NCBI RefSeq assembly: GCF_009914755.1
Contig: NC_060928.1
Reading direction: 5' to 3' (one strand)
Length of the DNA stretch: 64,000 nt
Source of the DNA: the human T2T-CHM13v2.0 reference genome, Homo sapiens
The position numbers were made by a program, and so were the translations under genes. This document shows positions 56,247 through 64,000 of the stretch, one piece after another (the first letter of the stretch is position 1; every line of letters starts with the position of its first letter). A model generated the notes under the pieces. The model worked only from the letters and a program-made list of their open reading frames with translations. It had not been told where the DNA came from and searched no databases.

Positions 56247-57548
56247 AGGTTATATTTACAGAATAAACTTAGAAAGTTGCATAAATAAAATGATTTATAT
56301 TCTATCACAAAATGTTTGAGTTTTAAGTTTTTGCTATTTCCTCCATTCTAAGCTTTCATGTACTCTGCTACAAAAATAATCTAAAAAAATAAGATCTATA
56401 ATACTTTCCACTTTATTAAATAATTGCACCTATTAACGTACTACCTAGTGCATTTCTTTGAAAACACAGAGAACAAAATACAGAGATGAATAATTGTAAA
56501 TGGAATCAAAATCTAAAACAACCCTGAATCATTATCCAAAAGTCATTTAAAGATATTCGGATCCAGTCAAGGGGTAATGCTCAGCAAAGAAACAAGCCTC
56601 TAAAGTATTAGACAATTGAGTAATGTTGGCTTCGTTTTTAAAGGCAAAGTCTGGGAAAGAGCTTGGTTTAACGAGATGAAGATGCATGTATTGCAACCTC
56701 TTAGTGAGAAACAGGCTCACAGTGTGGCAGGTAGCAGTGTGGAGCAGAGGACAGCTGCCGCCAATTACAGCCAGCTGAAGAATAAAAAACAAAAAACGAA
56801 TAAAACTAAATTGCCACTCAAGGGCAAAAACAAAAATAAAACAACAAACATGGGACATGCAGGGTTTTGCTGATTTTTCTGATAGAAGACATACCGAACA
56901 TTGACAGCCATGATCACAGTTGTACTACCAGGCACATCACATGGCAGGAAACAGTTTTGGAAAAAAATTACAAGCAAATTACTTATATTCACTTTTCTTT
57001 GCAACTCAGCTAACAACTTTGCTCTTTGATTTTACCCTGTGTTCAAAAATCGATTATTCAAGTCATTCATAATGTTAAATGAATAATAACATATAGGGAC
57101 CTATACCTACATAATATAAGAAAATAAGGTGAGAATCAAATAGCACACAAAAATATATAATGTAAAATAATTATATCAAAAGTTAAAAAATAGAAACGAA
57201 AACTCAAATAAAGGGTGAAAAACTAACAGTAAATGTAAAATATGTGAAAAGAATCACGATCAAATATAGCACAGGATGTTAGTAATTGGATAGAAAAGGA
57301 AACTGAATGCATAAATGAAAGCTATATTTGATGCAACAAAAAGGAGCATATTCTTATTGAAAAAGGAAGCAGAAACATAAAAAATAGGCTTGCGGACAGC
57401 AGGCAAAATTAAATGGAAAAGTACATAACGTTTATAGTCATAAAACAATTAGATACACTAAAGACAGAAAAAAATAGCTCAAAACTTATATAATTTGTAT
57501 TTAAGGAGATGAAAAGACAGAATTACATAAAGGGCTATTTCTGTGAGG

Positions 57549-57844
<296 letters not shown>

Positions 57845-57918
57845 TGAGATATTCTAAATTGCAAGAATAAATATAAGAATATCAAGAAAAAAAAGTCATT
57901 TATGGTGATATGTGTATG

Positions 57919-57920
<2 letters not shown>

Positions 57921-57963
<43 letters not shown>
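57921..57963. repeat. (GT)21 microsatellite
   Basis: Perfect run. Confidence 0.97.
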
Positions 57964-57964
<1 letters not shown>

Positions 57965-60000
57965 TGGTGAGGGGATGTTAGGACGGGAGGCCAGTAATAT
58001 AAGACTCAATGACAGTGGTATTATTTTTTTCAAGCCAGAGAGCAAGAAATGTTTCTAGAAATACTATAGGAAAAATAGACAAAAATTTAAAAATCAATGG
58101 CTTTTTTTTTCAAGGAAAAAGAAAGATGACCAAGTTTAGAAAATTAAGAGAAAAATTAAGATACTGAGGAACATAATAATGCTGAGCATTGGTATTACCT
58201 ATTAATCATTTCACAGAACATATTTTCAATAAGATGAACCTCAAGAAAGTGGAAATAACAAAATGACTAAGGTTAATAAACCATTAGTGAGGAAAGATAC
58301 GAGGAAGTGAAATTTCACGCTTTTACCCCTCATCCTTAGCATAATATCAAATATACAGTGCTTAATGTTTACAAATCAATGATTAAACCATTACTAGATT
58401 TGTAGTTTCTAAAATAATTAACAAAAATGTTTATTAGAAGACTATTTAGGTGATGTAAGTTTCCTCATTTCTTTATTACTCTATAATGAGGGCTGAATAA
58501 TGACTATCAGAAAGTGATAAGAAGCAAAAGTATAATGTGCAAATTTGTAGGTGTAACTATAAAACAGTAAGACAAACACCATTGTGTATTCAATCACAAT
58601 CACTTAATCACATTAAGTAAATATATAAAATGCATGTAATAGGATGTTAATATGGAAATCTTCCTGACTTTGTTCCACATAATATAGAGCAAGATGTTCA
58701 TCTATTTATATGAGACTTGCAAAGGTAATTTCCAAAAAACAGTTTAAATAACATTATCCTATCACCTGACCCTAGGCTAAACACTAGCATGCCAGGATCT
58801 CAAGAGAGAAAATCATGGTGAGATTTTCTTTGTAGAGTTGACAGTTTGCTATTTGTTTCTCACCTTCCCCTCAATTTAAGTCAGATATGACCTAATCAAG
58901 TTGCTAGAAATTCCAACTTATTCAGTGTTAATTTGGAGTTTTTACTGTAATGTTACTTTTTGTTAAAGAATAACATCATCTGTCTGGAACTCTTAATCAG
59001 AAATATATGTCTAATCTTACTGGTAAGCAAGATGCATATTATTTCTCATGTATTATTATAAGGTATTTAGAATATTTCACTCTCTCTTCTTTATGTCCTG
59101 TCAAATATTTGAAGAGCTTTTTTCTACCAACTGTGGTATAAAGACTGTTATAAGCTCGTGCTAAATATATGCAGATCATCTCGTGGTATTCCCACTATGT
59201 CCTGGCCTCTTGAACACACAAGGCTAATCCATACATTTCAGTTCTCATTTGGCTTTTTGGAGTAAAGTGAGACATAGCACACTTTCCTGAATACCAAGAT
59301 GTCCTAATATCCACAGTCCTCTAATCCTCTAAGACTCTGAAGCCTGTTTTCCACTTGATGAACTTGCCAAAGGAAGAGAAAGTCCTGTTCACTCAGATGA
59401 CTGCAACCAAGTTCAAGGCCTTGCCTACAGTCAATTATATCATAGGTCCCAAAGGCCTCTATAATTTGGAAACATATGATATTAGATATAAATTAAATAG
59501 AGTTACATATATAGCAACATATTCCCTGAGTTTTTTATGGTTGTTTGAAGTAACATAAATTAGAATACAGAACAAAGAGTATGATCTGTAGTGAAATATT
59601 TGGTAATATTTAATATAAATACTTAGATTCAATATGAATCTTTAAAAATAAAATAACTTCAAAACTTAAAGAAAAATAGACAAAAGCAAAGCATTAAAAG
59701 ATTTTAATTCATTTTATTTCACTCAAATACACAAGTATATAGCATACAAATATGACATATTTAATAAAGTATATATACTAGATAACTATTTGACTCTATA
59801 CAGCCAAGCCCAAAAATGTACACTATTTTAAAGTGACCCTTCAAGGATTGGTGAAAAATGACAATATCATACTTCTTAAAGAAAACCAAAATATATTTCC
59901 ATTTTCCACAGTTCATTTATTCTGTAAATCAGAAGGCAAAATAACAAGAATAAGAATAAAATAACACAATTTAGACTTAAAATACTCTCTTGAGTCTAAA

Positions 60001-60147
60001 GTCCAATAGGAAATAAGAATGGAGTGATTACTAGTAAGAATGGGGATATCACTAGTACTCTCTAGTTACTAGAGAGTAATAACTCCATTCTTACTAGTAA
60101 TAACTAGAGAATACCAGTAATAACTTCATTCTTATTTCCTACTGGAC
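60001..60147. repeat. Nested inverted repeat / palindrome
   Basis: 36-bp arms 60001-60036 and 60112-60147 (32/36 complementary); perfect 16-bp arms 60028-60043 and 60085-60100; perfect 11-bp arms 60056-60066 and 60068-60078. Confidence 0.93.
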
Positions 60148-60319
60148 ACGTAAGATTACCCATTTTAAATTGACACGTAAGATTAACCATCAAAGTCATA
60201 ACGAGCCTATTTTTATTATTTTCTATACTAGTTTCTACACCAATATTTATTCTAGTAATTAATATAGAAAATGAATGAAAATAATATTTCAGAAGCTATG
60301 AGATAAGGCTAGTTATGAC

Positions 60320-60630
60320 TTTGATAGTTAATCTTATGTGTGAACTTGGCTGAGCCACAGAGTGCCTGGACTGTTGGTCAAACATTATTCTGGGTGTTTT
60401 GTTAGAGTGTTTTTGGATAATATTAATCAGTGGACTTTTGAGTAAAGCAAATTGCCTTCAATAATGTCATTAGCCTCATCCAATCAGTTGAAGGTCTGAA
60501 TAGAACAAAAAGATTGACTCTCTCCTATATAAGCAGACTACTTTCAAACTTCATCTGAAACATCAGATGTCAGACTGGAACAGTGGCATTGGGTCTCCTT
60601 GGGTCTTCATTGAGCAGGCCCATCCTGCAG
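60320..60630 (+). mobile_element. MLT2 (C/D-like) LTR, 3'-truncated
   Basis: tgatagttaatcttatgtgtgaacttggctgagcca...gcctcatccaatcagttgaagg. Confidence 0.85.
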
Positions 60631-60633
60631 AGA

Positions 60634-60758
60634 GGGAGGCTGAGGCATGAAAATCCCTTGATCCTGGGAGGCAGAAGTTGCAGCAAGCCAAGATCATGCC
60701 GCTGCACTCCAGCCTGGGTGACGAAGCCAGACTGTCTCCCCCTCCCCAAAAAAGAAAG
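60634..60758 (+). mobile_element. Alu right-arm fragment
   Basis: gggaggctgaggcatgaaaatcccttga...ctgcactccagcctgggtgac. Confidence 0.85.
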
Positions 60759-63700
60759 TCAATGTGCAAAAAAATGTGATATATGGTCACCTCCAGAAGT
60801 GCCAAATAGCCGTTTCATAAAATGTAGCATACATTTCTGATAGAAACGTAATAAAATGGGAAATATTGTTTCTTGATGTAAATTAAAGTGCATATCACAA
60901 TAATAAGAATCATGCATAATACTGAATAATTAGATGCATACATTTTAAGGATAATGTAAGATTAATCCATCATAAACATTAATATATAATAATATTCTAG
61001 AAGTGTTACCCAATCCCAATTAGTAAAAAACATTGAAAGACGCAAAACTGTTGTTGCTTTAGTTGATATCATTGTATACCTAAAACACTTCAGAAAATGA
61101 ACTTAAAACTTTGAAATAAGATAACTTTTTATTACAGCTGGTTACCAATTTAATAGACAAAAATGCTTAGATACCACATAAAAAACCAGGAGCTAGTTAA
61201 AATAGTATAACAACCCAAAAGTTTTTTTATTAATAAAAAAATTAAAACACAAAAACTCATGCACATGATTATAACTTCAAATTTAGGGCCTTTTTTCTTA
61301 AATGCCATAATACTTAGAGTTATTGGTCTTAAATGAGATTAATTTGTTCTGTTTACCTTAAATAAAAAGGAAATCCATTGGGCAGATACCAAGTTCTTAT
61401 AGATTACATTTATTGTTGGAGGATTTTGCCTCGACAACAGTTACAAACTAAAAAAGTTATGTTGGACCAAAGAATTGAATGTACACAGGATCTCTGGTAC
61501 AAACTGTCAGGAAATGGTGTTGGTGCCAACACCAGACACCACAGCTGCCTCCACTGGACAAGGTGATTGTCACCACTGGATATCCTTAGTGCAGAAAATG
61601 CAAAAAATTATTTTCACTGTTTTATTACTTGCCATGCCAGCTTCAATTTTAAAATATAGGGCAGCAGTTTATGATTGGGCAAAATGTAAGTCCCATTTTC
61701 CTTGCAGCTGGGAGATAAATATTTGGGATATTCATCTTCCATAAGGGAAGGTAGAGCAATGCCTCCCATAAGGGGTACACAAAATTGGTCATTTTCAGAA
61801 AGTAGAAAGTGGATGTGGGATGATGAAGAACTAAAGCATACTGTGCATCCTGTTGGCTCCCTAAGCCTGGCACTCATTTTGCTTTCCTTAATTAAATTTC
61901 CAAATTTGGTTCTGCCTAAATAATGCAACTTTTTTTTTACAATTAAAAAAAGGGAGTCTCTATTTTCCCAAAGGAATACAACCCTAAATTTCTTCTTTCC
62001 TGCATGCACCCCAACATCATTGCCTTGGAAGAATATCCATTCTGCTTTAATTGTTACATTCCTGTCACGGATTGTTCAAACTGTGGTCTAAATTAGCAAA
62101 GTGAAACACCCCCACCACCACTGTCAATGCACACTTATCTGAAAAAGGAGGATAAATAAAAATGAAAGGTAAAATCATACTAAGTAAAATTTCTTTTTCT
62201 GTAATTGGGTAAATAGCATAATTTATGGTTTTCCCCTTCCAGTACCTACTTGTTTAGTCTGCAACTCTGCTGACAAGCTGATATAAATCTCCTTGTCAAT
62301 TGGGATGACCTAAACCTTTATTTCTTAGGATGTGTGTTCATGGTGCTAATGCCTCTTTGGGGGCCCTTTGTGTTGCATTAATAATCATTATTGGACACGT
62401 GGGTAATAGAAGAGCTCACTGCACAATACCCAGATTTATCTACTCGATTATCGGAAGCACTAATTTCCACCAAAACAATCATCTCATTTTTGCCTTTTTA
62501 CTAATTAGAATAAAGAAACTCAAGGGTCCTGGTAGCAAATCTAACTTATAATTTTCTAAAACTGCTTATTTTCTTAGGTTAAAAAGATATTAAACCTACA
62601 GAGTCTAGAAATGTGCTGAAAACGTTATTTTTTCTGGCCTTCAATATATTCATTATCAAATGTGCCACTCTATTTCTACCCACTTGGTGAATAGGCATCG
62701 GTATTTTCTTTGCAGTTTCATTTACTTAGCTTTGCTTTAACTTCCACGCTGCATCCTGAAGACCTGCTCCCAGGTGGCCAGATGACTTCCTTCCTATATT
62801 TCATACATTTCTGGCTAATCTAGTTAAAAGAAGACATCATTCACGATTCCCTTTCCCTAGTCTATCCCTTAGAAGTCTCTGTCATGCAGACAGTCTCTTT
62901 GTTGCAAGAATAGCCACTGACCATTGCAATTAAAGAAGGGGAGCTATTACAAATGTGTTAGGAGTATTGACAAGAGATTGAATAACCAGGCTTGAATATT
63001 GGCAAGAACGACATAACTTCAGAGGGCCAGGAAGCAGGCAGCACTGCTGCAGGACACTTCTGCAATAAGATGGAACCAACATTCTGAGCAACAACTTTTA
63101 TGTCATTCCTTTGCAGTAAGTTGAGCACTATTTCCTTTTTTTGCATCAAGTTTCAAATGCAGCCATGAACATTTAGATGGCAGAGGCTAGTAAATGTGTC
63201 TTAATTACCTGGGATCAGTGCTAAAGGTCTACCTCCTTTGACCATTTACAAAACAAGATACAGAGGAAGAGCAAACCATGCTTTACTAATGAATGGTCAG
63301 ATCTGGACAAATGTACAATATATCTTCCGAAGGTCATAAAAGAAGTATTGAAAACATTTTTAAAAAGCAACATATCTAATTTAGGTTGAAAAACCAGTGT
63401 AGTAATTTACATTTTCTCTCTTTCTCTCACTAAACACATGTTAAATAGAAGGCTGACTCAATAAGAATAAAAATGTGATTTTAAGATTTATTTGCTTACT
63501 TTACAGGATATATATTTGTGGGAAAAGAAAGGTAGTTATAAAGTTTGAGTATTAATATGAATACTAAACATTCAAGAGTAGACAGAAATTTCTGAAAAAA
63601 AGATGAGCGATGAATTAGCTTGCAAAACACTAAAAAAGTTATGGAATTAGAGTAACTAAAACGGTATTGACATAATTCATTTAACAGGTTAATGTAATAT

Positions 63701-63807
63701 GATAAAAAGTATAAAAAGAGATGCTAATGTTTATGGTGATTTAGCATAAGATAACATATATATGTTACATATATACATAAATATATATATATACATAAAT
63801 ATATATA

Positions 63808-64000
63808 TTTATTTTTGAGATGGATTCCCACTCTGTCACCCAGGCTGGAGTGTAGTGGCGTTATCTGGGCTCACTGCAACCTCCACCTCACGGGTTCAAG
63901 GATTCTCTTGTCTCAGCCTCTCCAGTAGCTGGGATTACATGTGTGCACCACCCTGCCCAGATAATTTTTTGTATTTTTAGTGGAGATGGGGTTTCACCAT
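63808..64000 (-). mobile_element. AluS, cut by the window end
   Basis: Antisense Alu following a (TA)-rich tail. Confidence 0.92.

Noticed and set aside
56547-57016. Overlapping 83-103 aa ORFs in unique sequence
   Set aside because: No recognisable domain or exon structure; lengths are within chance expectation
61378-63149. Several short ORFs in moderately GC-balanced sequence
   Set aside because: No homology recognisable by eye; probably old LTR relics or unique non-coding DNA that I cannot assign

Overview
This window is AT-rich primate (human-like) non-coding DNA, either intergenic or deep intronic. It is dominated by interspersed repeats: about 14 Alu copies or fragments, L1s of many ages, MaLR/ERV LTR elements, two MER2 DNA transposons, MIR/L2 relics and microsatellites. 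The LTR elements include a two-LTR THE1A provirus, MER11, MER66-like, MER21-like, MLT1, MLT2 and LTR16. I find no host protein-coding gene, RNA gene or CpG island. The only ORFs with recognisable protein content are L1 ORF2 remnants at 30347-32130. Three structures stand out: (i) four 5'-inverted (twin-primed) L1 insertions of different ages within 30.1-35.6 kb, each with a readable target-site duplication (TSD); (ii) a ~10 kb ancient L1 with a ~120-bp tandem array in its 5'UTR, no recognisable ORF1 and five nested insertions; (iii) a nested palindrome and inverted-duplication scar at 60001-60344. All subfamily names come from recalled consensus similarity, not a database search. I cannot support a claim of a new biological system here.
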